Source: Lingula anatina (lineage: Eukaryota > Animalia > Brachiopoda). Taken from it: a stretch of DNA of 64,000 nucleotides. Shown in pieces: positions 63,211 through 64,000 of this stretch. Numbering within the stretch: the stretch's first letter is position 1; each line of letters starts with the position of its first letter. The translations under genes and the position numbers were made by a program. Location of the stretch: assembly GCA_051362555.1 (NCBI GenBank), contig CM120641.1:45514401-45578400 (forward strand), written 5' to 3'. A model generated the notes under the pieces. The model had not been told where the DNA came from and did not search any database. It worked only from the letters and a program-made list of their open reading frames with translations.

Positions 63211-64000
63211 GTAAAGAAAATTATTCAGATATGTTGTTTTATGTATATTGTTTTCAATAATTATTTTTTATGTATACATATTATTTTTTTAATGGTGAGG
63301 ACTCATATTTTAAACAAGGAGTTTCCAGAAATCTTTGCATGATATATATGCCACACTAATATGAAATGTTTATAAATGATTTTACAGACCATCTATTTTC
63401 AGTTGTACTGGAAATATTAACAGTGTGGTTTTAAAGACATTTTTGTATATTCTGGTAGTTTTTAATGTTTGTATTTATAATATAGCACATCAGTTTAATT
63501 TAATATTTTTTATCACAAATATGCTGCTCTTGTACATTACTCCAGGAATAAATTCAGATCTACCAAGTACAAAATATATATTTGTTTTGGAAAAATAAAT
63601 TCCATTTATGCCAGAGGTTTTTTATAATCAGGCTCCTGCTTTGAAAACCTACATCTACCCTTATGTAGTTTTACCACTTGTATTAGACAATACATGTATG
63701 GTGATGACTAGATCTTTTCAATGAGGAAAGTTGTCAACTTTACAAATAAAAAATTTTAAGTCAGAAATTCTTAGAACTGGAACATTCTTACTGAGTGATA
63801 GAAACATAACTGAAAAGCCGGCTTCCTCATTCATGTAGTTCTTTTCTATATTAAAATCACCACAAATGCTTCACAGAAATATTTTTTATTTCCAAAATCA
63901 TGTTCTGAAAGATTGATAATTTTTCCTCATTGAAAAGGTTGAGTTACTACCAGAATACTACTATTATGCTTGTATTATAGCCTTATATATATAATATATT

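Noticed and set aside
1-64000. CRISPR arrays, rRNA/tRNA genes, prokaryotic operons
   Set aside because: None seen; the window is eukaryotic, and the repeats are explained by duplications, MITEs and microsatellites.

Overview
AT-rich, intron-containing animal DNA from an invertebrate (bilaterian, possibly lophotrochozoan; the species cannot be determined from the sequence). Gene order: the 3' part of an ankyrin-repeat/SOCS-box gene (+); a 2-exon Gal-3-O-sulfotransferase (+); a 3-exon MFSD4/NAGLT1-type MFS transporter (+); an 11-exon LUC7L/LUC7L2 splicing factor (-); a ~31 kb array of intronless ER-type UDP-glycosyltransferases (UGTs: 4 intact ORFs, 2 frameshifted copies, 3 fragments and a scar of a cleanly deleted copy), built from head-to-head units and interrupted by many DNA transposons/MITEs; a complete 16-exon MCCC2 (-); and the first 2 exons of FAH (+), head-to-head with MCCC2. 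Main points of interest: (i) every UGT copy that retains the site has Arg where the catalytic His of the GT1/UGT family normally sits, and the array lies near a sulfotransferase and a sugar-type transporter (a possible glycosylation/sulfation cluster); (ii) a candidate PTC-containing poison exon with a right-handed 5' splice site in LUC7 intron 1; (iii) domain-specific gene conversion among the UGTs; (iv) a Sola3-like insertion inside a bidirectional UGT promoter; (v) an NRF1/ETS bidirectional promoter linking two acetoacetate-yielding amino-acid catabolic genes. All exon models were read by eye (GT-AG, phase-consistent) and have no transcript support.
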